This document shows, piece by piece, positions 44,050-53,843 of a DNA stretch of 64,000 nt. How positions within the stretch are numbered: the first letter of the stretch is position 1; every line of letters begins with the position of its first letter. This DNA is from an uncultured Clostridia bacterium (lineage in GTDB: Bacteria; Bacillota; Clostridia; TANB77; CAG-465): the NCBI GenBank assembly GCA_947626975.1, contig CANQUF010000004.1, forward strand, positions 9,907 through 73,906, written 5' to 3'. The notes below the pieces were generated by a model. It was not told where the DNA came from and made no database searches. It saw nothing but the letters and a program-made list of their open reading frames with translations. The translations under genes and the position numbers were made by a program.

Positions 44050-44970
44050 ATGGAAAAAACTTTAATTTTTGGACATAAAAGTCCAGATACAGACACAATA
44101 ACTTCAGCTATAGTTATGGCTGATTTTGAAAAAAAATTAGGAAATGATGTAGAGGCATGTAGACTTGGAAATCTAAATAAGGAAACAAAATATGTATTTG
44201 ATTATCTTAAAATAAATGCACCAAGACTTATTGAAAAAGTTGAAGAAGGTCAAAATGTAATTTTAGTAGATCATAATGAATTTAAGCAAAGTGTAGATGG
44301 AATAGAAAATGCTAATATATTAAAAGTAATTGATCATCATACAATGGATTTTAAAACATCTTATCAACTGTTTTATCATTCAGAACCTGTAGGTTGTACA
44401 GCAACTGTATTATATAAATTATATAAACAAAATGGTTTTGAAATTGATAAAAATATAGCAATATTAATGATATCTGCTATTATATCTGATACTTTATTAT
44501 TCAAATCACCTACATGCACTGATGACGATGTAAAAGCAGTAGAAGAATTAAATAAAATTGCAGGGCTTGATATTAATTCATATGGAACTAGTATGTTAAA
44601 AGCAGGAACAGATTTTTCTGATGTCTCAGAAACAGATTTAATTAATTTAGATGCTAAAGAATTTATGATAGGTGACATTAAAACTGTAGTAGCTCAAGTA
44701 TCTACAGTAGATATTGATGAAATGATGAAAAGAAAAGATAAAATAGAAGACGAAATTAAAAAAGTTATTGAAGATAAAAAATTAGGTTTATTTTTATTTG
44801 CAATAACTGATATAATGAATAGTAATTCACAAGTAATAGTATTAGGAGAAAATTCAAATATTGTAAGTTTAGCATATAACGTTAAATTAGAAAATAATAC
44901 GGCTTTTTTACCAGGAGTTGTTTCTCGTAAAAAACAAATAATTCCTATTATTTCTAAAGTAGCAAATTAA
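44050..44970 (+). CDS. ppaC: manganese-dependent inorganic pyrophosphatase (family II)
   Basis: Motifs FGHKSPDTDT, VDHNE and IDHH. RBS ggggggaa supports ATG 44050. Confidence 0.9.
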   Translation: MEKTLIFGHKSPDTDTITSAIVMADFEKKLGNDVEACRLGNLNKETKYVFDYLKINAPRLIEKVEEGQNVILVDHNEFKQSVDGIENANILKVIDHHTMDFKTSYQLFYHSEPVGCTATVLYKLYKQNGFEIDKNIAILMISAIISDTLLFKSPTCTDDDVKAVEELNKIAGLDINSYGTSMLKAGTDFSDVSETDLINLDAKEFMIGDIKTVVAQVSTVDIDEMMKRKDKIEDEIKKVIEDKKLGLFLFAITDIMNSNSQVIVLGENSNIVSLAYNVKLENNTAFLPGVVSRKKQIIPIISKVAN

Positions 44971-45068
44971 ATATTTTAGTGATAGGACAAAAAAGCGTCT
45001 ATTATAATAATAAATTTTTATTATTTATATTTAAAAATATATTAAATATATGAAATTAATATTTTTAC

Positions 45069-45097
45069 TTGACAATTTTATATCACTAGTGTATAAT
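45069..45097 (+). promoter_or_regulatory. promoter of the ylxM-ffh operon
   Basis: TTGACA, 17 nt, TATAAT. Confidence 0.55.
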
Positions 45098-45125
45098 ATG
45101 TGTAAAGTTTTTTTACTTTACACAT
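45098..45125. promoter_or_regulatory. perfect 10-bp inverted repeat at the transcription start region
   Basis: ATGTGTAAAG-N8-CTTTACACAT directly after the -10 element. Confidence 0.4.
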
Positions 45126-45141
45126 ATTTTTAGGTGAAATT

Positions 45142-45462
45142 ATGGATAAAAATATTAGATTAAATTTACTATATGATATATATGGAAAACTTCTTACTAA
45201 AAAACAACAAGAAATATTTGAAGAATATTATTTATATAATTTATCTTTAAGAGAGATAGCTTTAAATAAAAAGATTTCATACCAAGCAGTAAGAGATAGT
45301 ATAAAATCTAGTGAAATAACTTTAAATACATTTGAAGAAACTATAAATATGTTAAATTACAAAAATAGAATGGAAAAAATATATAATATATGTAAAGAAA
45401 GCTCTGATCTTAATACAAGGAAAGAAGAAATTTTAAATATATTAAAAGAGGAGGATATGTAG
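45142..45462 (+). CDS. ylxM: YlxM/UPF0122 putative HTH protein
   Basis: 106 aa; sigma-70 region-4-like HTH (LSLREIALNKKISYQAVRDSI); always precedes ffh. Confidence 0.8.
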   Translation: MDKNIRLNLLYDIYGKLLTKKQQEIFEEYYLYNLSLREIALNKKISYQAVRDSIKSSEITLNTFEETINMLNYKNRMEKIYNICKESSDLNTRKEEILNILKEEDM

Positions 45463-46787
45463 TGTTTGAAAGTTTATCTGATAAATTACAAAATATAGTA
45501 AAAAAGCTAAAAGGCCAAACAAGAATTACAGAAAAAGAATTAAATGAGATGCTAAGAGAGATTAAATTATCATTGTTAGAAGCAGATGTTAATTATAAAG
45601 TAGTAAAAGAATTCACTGAAAATATAAAACAAAAATCTTTAGGGCAAGATGTTATGAAAAGTTTAACTCCTGGTCAACAAGTTGTAAAAATAGTAAAGGA
45701 TGAATTAGTAGATTTACTTGGATCATCTGAGTCAAAATTAAATATATCAGCTAATCCACCAACAATAATAATGCTTGTAGGGCTTCAAGGAAGTGGAAAA
45801 ACTACTCTTTGTGGTAAACTTAGTAATTATTTAAGGAAACAAGGAAAAAATCCATTAATGGTAGCTTGTGATGTATATAGACCTGCTGCAATAAAACAAC
45901 TTGAAACTTTAGGAAAAAGCTTAAATATAAGTGTATATAGTGAGGAAAATAATAAAGATGTTGTATCTATTGCTAAAAATGGAATAAAAGCAGCACATTC
46001 AAAACTTTGTGATGTAGTTTTGGTTGATACTGCAGGTAGACTACAAATAGATGATTTATTAATGAATGAACTTGTAGATTTGAAAAATGCTATAAAACCA
46101 CATGAAATTATACTTGTTGTGGATAGTATGACAGGGCAAGAAGCAGTAAATGTAGCTCAAACTTTTAATGAAAAAGTAGGTATTGACTCCATTACAATGT
46201 CAAAGCTTGACTCTGATACTAGAGGAGGAGCTGCACTTTCAGTAAAAAGTATTACCAATAAACCTATAAAATTTGCTTCTATAGGTGAAAAATTAAGTGA
46301 TTTAGAACCTTTTTATCCTGATAGAGTTGCATCTAGAATACTTGGAATGGGTGATGTGTTATCCATTATTGATAAAGCAGAACAAGCATTTAATGATGAG
46401 CAGGCATTTGACTTAGAAAAAAAGATAAAAAAGAGTGAATTTACTTTAGATGATTATTTAGATACAATGAAAAAAATTAAAAAAATGGGATCTTTTAAAC
46501 AAATACTTGCAATGTTACCAGGTGTACCAAAAGAAATAAAAGATGCAGAATTTGATGAAAAACAATTAGATAGAATAAATGCTATAATTACTTCTATGAC
46601 ACTAAAAGAAAGAAGAAATCCTAAAATTCTTAATGCATCAAGACGTATAAGGATTGCAAAAGGTAGTGGAAATAAAGTTGAAGATATAAATAGATTTATG
46701 AAACAATTTGAACAGATGCAAAAAATGATGAAAACTATGACAAAGTCAAAGGGAAGATTTGGAAAAAATTTATTTAATATGAAATAA
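45462..46787 (+). CDS. ffh: signal recognition particle protein
   Basis: GLQGSGKTT, DTAGR and a Met-rich M domain. GTG start overlaps the ylxM stop. Confidence 0.95.
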   Translation: MFESLSDKLQNIVKKLKGQTRITEKELNEMLREIKLSLLEADVNYKVVKEFTENIKQKSLGQDVMKSLTPGQQVVKIVKDELVDLLGSSESKLNISANPPTIIMLVGLQGSGKTTLCGKLSNYLRKQGKNPLMVACDVYRPAAIKQLETLGKSLNISVYSEENNKDVVSIAKNGIKAAHSKLCDVVLVDTAGRLQIDDLLMNELVDLKNAIKPHEIILVVDSMTGQEAVNVAQTFNEKVGIDSITMSKLDSDTRGGAALSVKSITNKPIKFASIGEKLSDLEPFYPDRVASRILGMGDVLSIIDKAEQAFNDEQAFDLEKKIKKSEFTLDDYLDTMKKIKKMGSFKQILAMLPGVPKEIKDAEFDEKQLDRINAIITSMTLKERRNPKILNASRRIRIAKGSGNKVEDINRFMKQFEQMQKMMKTMTKSKGRFGKNLFNMK

Positions 46788-46821
46788 AATATTTTATATA
46801 AATTGTAAGGAGGTGAAGTAA

Positions 46822-47064
46822 GTGGTAAAAATAAGACTTAGAAGAGATGGAGCAAAAAAGAATCCATATTATACATTAGTAGTAGCAGATTCAAGATTTC
46901 CAGCTGATGGTAGATTTATAGAAAAAGTTGGTACATATAATCCTATGGTTGAACCAGTAGAGTTAAAAATTGATAATGAAAAAGTATTAGATTGGATAAA
47001 AAAGGGAGCAAAACCAACAGATACTGCTCTTGCTCTTATAAAAAAAGCAGGCATAGAAATATAG
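46822..47064 (+). CDS. rpsP: 30S ribosomal protein S16
   Basis: [16 protein letters not shown]; GTG start; RBS aaggaggtga. Confidence 0.95.
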   Translation: MVKIRLRRDGAKKNPYYTLVVADSRFPADGRFIEKVGTYNPMVEPVELKIDNEKVLDWIKKGAKPTDTALALIKKAGIEI

Positions 47065-47076
47065 GAGGAAATCTAA

Positions 47077-47316
47077 ATGTATAAAGATTTATTAGAATAT
47101 ATAGTTAAAAATCTTGTAAAAAATCCTGATAAAGTTTCAATACAAGTTGAAGAAAAGGAAGGAAAAACTGTATTAAATTTAAATGTAGATTCTGAAGATA
47201 TAGGTAGAGTAATTGGAAAAGAAGGAAGATTAATAAGGGCAATAAGAGAAGTTATTAATGCATATGCCATGAAAGAATCTAAGAAAGTTATGGTATCAGT
47301 TGACGAAAGTAAATAA
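47077..47316 (+). CDS. khpA: KH-domain RNA-binding protein
   Basis: GRVIGKEGRLIRAIR (GxxG KH motif); 79 aa. Confidence 0.85.
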   Translation: MYKDLLEYIVKNLVKNPDKVSIQVEEKEGKTVLNLNVDSEDIGRVIGKEGRLIRAIREVINAYAMKESKKVMVSVDESK

Positions 47317-47317
47317 A

Positions 47318-47824
47318 ATGGATAATAACTATATATTAATAGGAAAGCTTACAAGTATTCATGGTATAAAAGGTGAGATTAAAATGTACCCATATACTGA
47401 TGATATAGAAAACTTATCTAATATAAAATGTCTGTATTTTGATAAAAAATTGACAGAAAAATATGTTATACAAAGGTGTAGAATCCAAAATAATATGCTT
47501 ATAATAAAATTTAAAGGAATAGATGATAGGGAAACTGCAGCTAAATTTAAAGATACAGATGTATATATTTCAAGAGATAGTCTAAATAAGTTAGAAGATA
47601 ATACTTATTATATTGCTGATTTAATAGGTATTGAGGTAGTAGATGAAAATGAAAAACATATAGGTAAGTTAAACTATGTTCAAAATATTGGTGCAAATGA
47701 TGTATATGAGATAATAACTGATGATGGAAAAAAAATATATCTTCCAGCAATTCATCAAGTTATAAAAAAAGTGGATATAGTAAATAAAAAAATGTATGTT
47801 GAAATTATGAAAGGGCTAATATGA
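47318..47824 (+). CDS. rimM: 16S rRNA processing protein RimM
   Basis: ILIGKLTSIHGIKGEIK N-terminus. ATG 47318 preferred over TTG 47300. Confidence 0.85.
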   Translation: MDNNYILIGKLTSIHGIKGEIKMYPYTDDIENLSNIKCLYFDKKLTEKYVIQRCRIQNNMLIIKFKGIDDRETAAKFKDTDVYISRDSLNKLEDNTYYIADLIGIEVVDENEKHIGKLNYVQNIGANDVYEIITDDGKKIYLPAIHQVIKKVDIVNKKMYVEIMKGLI

Positions 47825-48537
47825 CAAGGTTTATAGTATTAACACTTTTTGAAGAAATGTTTGAGTCTTTTAAAAATACTAGTATTATAAAAAGAGCTAT
47901 TGATAAAGGTTTAGTTGATATAAAAACTGTTGATATTAGGAAATTTTCAACTAATAAACATAAAAAAGTAGATTTTCCACCATATGGAGGTGGAAATGGA
48001 ATGGTTATGTCCTGTGAACCTATATCAAGAGCTATTGATTTTGCTACTTATTTTTTAAAAAATGAAATTAAAACTAATAAAGATATAAAAATAATATATT
48101 TATCTCCAAGAGGAAAGATATTAAATTATAATTTTTGTAAATCTCTTTCTACATCTAATAATGATTATATACTTTTATGTGGTCATTATGAAGGAATAGA
48201 TGAGAGAGTTATTGAAGAATATAATATAGAAGAAATTTCTATAGGCGATTATATTTTAACAGGTGGTGAACTTGCAAGTCAAGTTCTTATGGATTCTGTT
48301 ATACGACTAATTCCAAATGTTATTTCAGATGGTTCTTTAATAGAAGAATCACATACTAATAATTTACTTGAATATCCTCAATATACAAAACCTGAATCTT
48401 TTAGAGGAAGAAAAGTTCCTGATATATTAAGATCAGGTAATCATAAAAAAATAGCTGAATACAGGAAAAGTGAATCTATTAAAATTACTATTAAGAATAG
48501 ACCAGATTTATACAAAAAATTTAATAATGAAAAATAA
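47821..48537 (+). CDS. trmD: tRNA (guanine37-N1)-methyltransferase
   Basis: [21 protein letters not shown] and LTGGELA. Confidence 0.9.
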   Translation: MTRFIVLTLFEEMFESFKNTSIIKRAIDKGLVDIKTVDIRKFSTNKHKKVDFPPYGGGNGMVMSCEPISRAIDFATYFLKNEIKTNKDIKIIYLSPRGKILNYNFCKSLSTSNNDYILLCGHYEGIDERVIEEYNIEEISIGDYILTGGELASQVLMDSVIRLIPNVISDGSLIEESHTNNLLEYPQYTKPESFRGRKVPDILRSGNHKKIAEYRKSESIKITIKNRPDLYKKFNNEK

Positions 48538-48559
48538 CAATAAAAAAGGAGGGAAAAAG

Positions 48560-48904
48560 ATGGATATTATAAAAGCAATTGAGCAAGAAAATATGAAAGA
48601 AAATATACCACAATTTAATATAGGTGATACAGTAAATGTACATGTAAGAATTAAAGAAGGTAATAAAGAAAGAATACAAATATTTACTGGTACAGTTATA
48701 AAACGTCAAAATGCTGCTTTAAATGAAACTTTTACAGTTAGAAAAATCTCTAATGGAGTTGGAGTTGAAAGAACTTTCCCAGTTCATTCTCCAAAAATTG
48801 AAAAAATTGAAGTTTCAAGAAAAGGTAAAGTAAGACGTGCTAAATTATACTATTTAAGAGATAGAGTAGGAAAATCTGCTAAGACTAAAGAAAAAATAGA
48901 TTAA
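48560..48904 (+). CDS. rplS: 50S ribosomal protein L19
   Basis: [10 protein letters not shown]...[28 protein letters not shown] aaaggaggg supports ATG 48560. Confidence 0.95.
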   Translation: MDIIKAIEQENMKENIPQFNIGDTVNVHVRIKEGNKERIQIFTGTVIKRQNAALNETFTVRKISNGVGVERTFPVHSPKIEKIEVSRKGKVRRAKLYYLRDRVGKSAKTKEKID

Positions 48905-48910
48905 TAAAAA

Positions 48911-48941
48911 AATGCTATCATATTTTGGTAGCGTTTTTTTA
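48911..48941 (+). terminator. intrinsic terminator after rplS
   Basis: 9-bp stem aaugcuauc/gguagcguu (two G-U pairs) plus T7. Confidence 0.65.
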
Positions 48942-48951
48942 TTATTAATTA

Positions 48952-49515
48952 TTATATAACAAAAAGTAGTTTAAATAGTTTTTTAGAATATGCACAAATT
49001 TCATCTAATGAATAGTATGTTTTATCTTTAAAATGTCTTAAAATTTGAATAGTAATTCCATCTGTGAAAAAATTAATATTAAATTTTAAATCTTTATTAT
49101 TACTAAAATTTGGAGTAGCTTTTAAAACAAGAAACAATTTATCTGATATATATTTTTTTAATTTTTCAAGGAAAATTAAAGGCTCTTTAGAAGAAAGAAG
49201 TAATCTATATGTATCTTCATTATCTTTTAAATAACTAAATATATTATCAATATATGAAAATATATCATTTAATGAAGAAAAAGTTTGATTACTATTAAAC
49301 AATACTTTAATTACTTCTGATTCAAATTCTTCTGCAACATCATATATGCTATCATAATGATTATAAAAAGTACTTCTATTTATATCAGCTTTTTTTACTA
49401 ATTCACTTACTGTTATTTTATTTAATTCTCCATGTTCTTTAATTAATTTTACAAATGTGCTTTTAATAATGCTTTTTGTTTTTATAGATGAATTATTTAA
49501 ATTTTTTACTTTCAT
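48952..49515 (-). CDS. TetR/AcrR family transcriptional regulator
   Basis: N-terminal HTH ITVSELVKKADINRSTFYNHY. Divergent from the MMPL exporter gene. Confidence 0.85.
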   Translation of the reverse strand: MKVKNLNNSSIKTKSIIKSTFVKLIKEHGELNKITVSELVKKADINRSTFYNHYDSIYDVAEEFESEVIKVLFNSNQTFSSLNDIFSYIDNIFSYLKDNEDTYRLLLSSKEPLIFLEKLKKYISDKLFLVLKATPNFSNNKDLKFNINFFTDGITIQILRHFKDKTYYSLDEICAYSKKLFKLLFVI

Positions 49516-49637
49516 AAATTATACTCCTTAAAAAATAGACAAATTATATTTATTTGTTGATATTTAAACAATATTAAAAAAATTGTTCTTAACAAATATT
49601 GATATAAGTATTATAATATATAATGTTTTGTATGTCA

Positions 49638-49661
49638 ACAATGTACATTTTTATACATTGT
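49638..49661. promoter_or_regulatory. inverted repeat ACAATGTA-N8-TACATTGT in the TetR/MMPL divergent region
   Basis: Perfect 8-bp arms; candidate operator. Confidence 0.4.
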
Positions 49662-49691
49662 CGAAAAAAGCATAATTAAAGAAAGGGGGAG

Positions 49692-49709
49692 GTTAGCTTT
49701 TAAGCTAAC
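49692..49709. promoter_or_regulatory. perfect 18-bp palindrome GTTAGCTT-TT-AAGCTAAC between the SD and the start codon of the MMPL gene
   Basis: Read directly from the sequence. SD GGAGG ends at 49692 and the ATG is at 49717. Confidence 0.45.
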
Positions 49710-49716
49710 ATTAAAA

Positions 49717-52700
49717 ATGAGAAAAATTACTGATTTTATTATAAACAAAAGATATTTAATATTAGCTATATTTATTATTCTTGTAATAGTTTCAGGAATA
49801 TTATCAACCAAAGTTGTGATAAATAAAGATATAACTAAATATTTACCAAATACATCAGAAACTAGAATTGGTATGGATATAATGGAAGAAGAATTTTCTG
49901 ATTCAGATAGTAGTTCATTATCTTTAATGTTTGCAGGTCTTAAAGAAGAAGAAAAAATTCAAATTAAAGAAGAATTAGGAAATATAGAATATGTAGATAG
50001 TGTAGATTATGAAATAGATAATGAAAAATATAACAAAGATGAATATACGCTATATAATATTTCAGTAAATTATCCATCAAATTCTAAAGAAGCAGAAGAG
50101 GTATTTAATAATATAAATGAAAAGTATAAAGATTATGAAATATATACAGATGGTAATATTGCGGAAGATAATACAGAAGTTTTAGCTAAATGGATAGTAG
50201 TTTTAGCTGTTTTATGTGCATTGATTATATTAATTATTATGTGCCCTTCATATGTTGAACCTTTTTTATTCCTATTTGTAATATTATTAGCTGTTGTACT
50301 AAATAAAGGAACAAACATTATGTTTGATAATGTATCAAATATAACTGAATCTATATCTGCAATTTTACAAATGGCACTATCAATGGACTATTCTATTATG
50401 TTAATGAATAGATATGATCAAGAAAAAGAAAATGAAAAGGATAAAATAAAGGCAATGAAAAATGCGCTATATTATTCTTTTAAATCAATTTCAAGTAGTT
50501 CAATAACAACAATAGTAGGTCTACTAGCACTTGTGTTTATGAGCTTTACAATAGGAAGAGATCTAGGACTTGTACTTGCAAAAGGTGTTTTATTAAGTCT
50601 GCTTTGTATATTTACTTGTCTTCCATCCCTTATATTAATATTTGAAAAATGGATTATAAAAACAAAAAAGAAAGTAATAAATATAAAATTAAATAGACTT
50701 GGTAAAGCAAGTTATAAATGTAGATTTGTAGGTTTACCATTACTAGTAGTAGTATTTGTTATAAGCTTTATGTTAAAAGGAAATTTAAATATTGAATATG
50801 TTCATAAAGATAATAATAAAATAAGTGAAGTATTTCCAGGAAACAATCAGATTGCTATAATTTATAAAAATGAAAATGAAGACATAATAGCAAAATATTG
50901 TAATGAAATAGAAAAAAATGATGGAATAGAAGAATTATTAAGCTATTCAAATACGATAAACAAGGAACTAAAATATAGTGAATTTAATAAAAAGTTAGAA
51001 GATTTAGGAAATAATACTACAATAGATGATTATTTACTTAAAATACTTTATTATAACTATTATAATAAAGATACAGCAAATAAAGTAACATTCAATGAGT
51101 TAATTAACTTTATAAAAACTAAAGTATATGCAAATAATGAAATGTCAGATAAAATAGATGACAACATGAAAGAAAATATTGATAAATTACAAAACTTTAC
51201 TAATATAGATAGTATTAATAAAAAAAGGAGTTCACAAGAACTTGCTAATTTATTTACTATAGATAAAAATAACATAGATAATTTATTAGTATATTATAAC
51301 AGTAAGAATATAAATACAACATTAACTATAAATCAATTTATAGACTTTATGAGTAAAGATGTATTAACTAATGATACATATTCATCAAATATAGATGAAA
51401 GTACAAGAAATAATTTAAATACATTAAGTAAATTTATAGATAAAAATAAAATAAATAAAGAAATGACATTTAAAGAAATATCTAATTTATTTGGAATAGA
51501 TGAGAATTTAACTAGTCAGTTATTTACATATTATTCAAGTTTAAAAGATGTAACTAGTAAGCTTACAATAAACGAATTTGCAGATTTTTTATTAAATGAT
51601 GTTGCAAATGATAGTAATTATTCTAGTTTACTTGATAGTACAACACTTGAAAATGTAAAATTATTATCAAATTTAAGTAATTTATCATTAATTGATGCTA
51701 AGATGTCATCATATCAGTTATCAAATTTATTTAATATTAATGAAGAAATGGTAAAAAAATTATTTTTATTAAATTTTTCAAATACAGATAATGGAACTAA
51801 GATGACAGTTAGTAATTTTGTGTTAACAATAAAAAATTTAAAAGAAAATACAAGTTATCTAAATGGCGAAAATTTAGATGAAATCATGAAATTAGTAACT
51901 TTTGCTGAAAATAAAAATGATATAAATAATACTCCTATGGATAAAAATAGTTTATCTGCTATATTTGGTGAAGAATTAGTTAATAATGTATTTGAATTAC
52001 TAAAGTTAACAGATAAAATAAGTCCATCAGAGTTTATAAATTTAACTATTACAAATTTAGGTGGAAGTCTTGATTCTAATACACTTGGTAACTTAAAATT
52101 AATAAATTTAATTATGCAAGATAATACACAATATACTTCTACTCAGATGGCAAATATTTTTGGAATTGGTACAGCAAGTACAAATCAAATTTATGCTTTA
52201 AATGATTATATAAGTAATAACACAGAAAATTGGAAGATGAGTCCATATGATTTTGTTAATTTTATTTTAAATAATAGTACAAATCCTTTAGTATCTGAGA
52301 GTTTAACAACTGAAATGATACAAAAGTTAAATTATTTAAAGACTATAATGGATAGTAGTAAAAATAATATTAAATATTCATATAACGATATGTCAAAATT
52401 AATAGGTATAGATTCTGGAAAATTAAGAAATATATATTTTCTATATGAAAGTAAAAGAAATACTGTAATGCTTTCTCCAACAATGTTTGTAAAGTTTATT
52501 TTATCTCATAAAGATGATAGCGTTTTATCTGGAAAAATAGATAATGGTACTTTAAATAATTTAATATTAATAAATAATATTATGGATGGTGTAAATAATA
52601 ATAAAAGTTATACACATAATGAACTAGCTAATTTATTAGGAATAGATGATAATAACTTAAGTATTTTGTATTCATTATATTCTTCTATTTATATAGATAA

Positions 52701-53775
52701 TAATACTATGTTGTCAACAAGAGAATTTGTAGAATTTATTTTAAATGATGTTTTAAATAATGAAACTTATGGTAAAAACTTTGATAATGAGGCAATATCA
52801 AGACTAGAAACAGTAAATAATATTATTAATGGTTCAATAAATAGCACAGAATACTCTTCAAGTGAAGCATATAGAATTTTATCTAATTTAGCAGATGATT
52901 TAGATAGTAATTTAATTGATTTAGTATATTTATACTATGGAAGCGAAAATCATTATAACAGTGAATGGACTTTAACAGTAGAAAAATTAATTAATTATTT
53001 AAATGATGAAATTCTAGATGATACAAAATTTGATGATTTTATAACAGATGAAATGAGAAATAATATAACAGATTCTAAAATAACAGTAAGTGATGCTAAA
53101 AAACAATTGGTAGGTAGTAAGTATTCAAGAGTAGTTATAAACACTTCTTTTGATGAAGAAGGTGATGAAGTATATAACTTCATATCAAATATTAAGGAAA
53201 ATTTATCTAAAGATAATAAAGAAATATATGTTATAGGAAATTCTGCAATGTCTTATGAAATGGATAAGACATTTGAAAGTGAATTAAATAAAATTACTAT
53301 TATTACAATGATAGCTATATTTGTTGTAGTAGCATTTACATTTAAATCTTTAACAATACCTACTATTTTAATCTTTATTATACAAAGTGCAATATATTTA
53401 ACTATGGGCGTGTTATCTTTTTCAGGAGGTGGAGTATACTTTATAGCTTTATTAGTAGTGCAAAGTATTTTAATGGGTGCCACTATAGATTATGCAATAG
53501 TATTTACTTCATATTATACAGAATTAAGACAAAAATTAGATAGAAAAGATGCAGTTATAGATGCGTATAATAGATCAATTCATACAATACTTACTTCATC
53601 GTCAATATTAATAATTGTAACATTTATTTTAGGTATTTTAACTGATGGAATAACATCAAAAATATGTAAGACATTATCACTTGGTACATTATGTTCAACT
53701 ATATTAATTTTAGTAATTTTACCACCTATTTTGGTATTGTGTGATAAGTTTATAATAAAGAAAAAAAGAGTATAA
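49717..53775 (+). CDS. MMPL/RND-superfamily exporter with a greatly expanded, repeat-filled second extracytoplasmic loop
   Basis: Two 6-TM bundles with RND/MMPL-type motifs (LSMDYSIMLMNRYDQE; GATIDYAIVFTSYYTELR). 1352 aa against about 700-900 typical. Confidence 0.8.
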   Translation: MRKITDFIINKRYLILAIFIILVIVSGILSTKVVINKDITKYLPNTSETRIGMDIMEEEFSDSDSSSLSLMFAGLKEEEKIQIKEELGNIEYVDSVDYEIDNEKYNKDEYTLYNISVNYPSNSKEAEEVFNNINEKYKDYEIYTDGNIAEDNTEVLAKWIVVLAVLCALIILIIMCPSYVEPFLFLFVILLAVVLNKGTNIMFDNVSNITESISAILQMALSMDYSIMLMNRYDQEKENEKDKIKAMKNALYYSFKSISSSSITTIVGLLALVFMSFTIGRDLGLVLAKGVLLSLLCIFTCLPSLILIFEKWIIKTKKKVINIKLNRLGKASYKCRFVGLPLLVVVFVISFMLKGNLNIEYVHKDNNKISEVFPGNNQIAIIYKNENEDIIAKYCNEIEKNDGIEELLSYSNTINKELKYSEFNKKLEDLGNNTTIDDYLLKILYYNYYNKDTANKVTFNELINFIKTKVYANNEMSDKIDDNMKENIDKLQNFTNIDSINKKRSSQELANLFTIDKNNIDNLLVYYNSKNINTTLTINQFIDFMSKDVLTNDTYSSNIDESTRNNLNTLSKFIDKNKINKEMTFKEISNLFGIDENLTSQLFTYYSSLKDVTSKLTINEFADFLLNDVANDSNYSSLLDSTTLENVKLLSNLSNLSLIDAKMSSYQLSNLFNINEEMVKKLFLLNFSNTDNGTKMTVSNFVLTIKNLKENTSYLNGENLDEIMKLVTFAENKNDINNTPMDKNSLSAIFGEELVNNVFELLKLTDKISPSEFINLTITNLGGSLDSNTLGNLKLINLIMQDNTQYTSTQMANIFGIGTASTNQIYALNDYISNNTENWKMSPYDFVNFILNNSTNPLVSESLTTEMIQKLNYLKTIMDSSKNNIKYSYNDMSKLIGIDSGKLRNIYFLYESKRNTVMLSPTMFVKFILSHKDDSVLSGKIDNGTLNNLILINNIMDGVNNNKSYTHNELANLLGIDDNNLSILYSLYSSIYIDNNTMLSTREFVEFILNDVLNNETYGKNFDNEAISRLETVNNIINGSINSTEYSSSEAYRILSNLADDLDSNLIDLVYLYYGSENHYNSEWTLTVEKLINYLNDEILDDTKFDDFITDEMRNNITDSKITVSDAKKQLVGSKYSRVVINTSFDEEGDEVYNFISNIKENLSKDNKEIYVIGNSAMSYEMDKTFESELNKITIITMIAIFVVVAFTFKSLTIPTILIFIIQSAIYLTMGVLSFSGGGVYFIALLVVQSILMGATIDYAIVFTSYYTELRQKLDRKDAVIDAYNRSIHTILTSSSILIIVTFILGILTDGITSKICKTLSLGTLCSTILILVILPPILVLCDKFIIKKKRV
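51079..53100 (+). repeat. about 8 tandem, degenerate ~78-aa coding repeats inside the MMPL gene
   Basis: Recurrent pattern (T/S)xxEFxxFxxxxV...S..(I/L)D....N...L......(S/T).xE(L/I)(A/S)NLFGID......L(Y/F)..Y. Confidence 0.7.
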
Positions 53776-53815
53776 TAAATGTTAAAGAATATATAAGTTT
53801 AAAATATATAATTTA

Positions 53816-53841
53816 AGCGAGTGTTTTTCACTCGCTTTTTT
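53816..53841 (+). terminator. intrinsic terminator after the MMPL gene
   Basis: Perfect 8-bp stem agcgagtg/cactcgct, 5-nt loop, T6. Confidence 0.8.
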
Positions 53842-53843
53842 AA

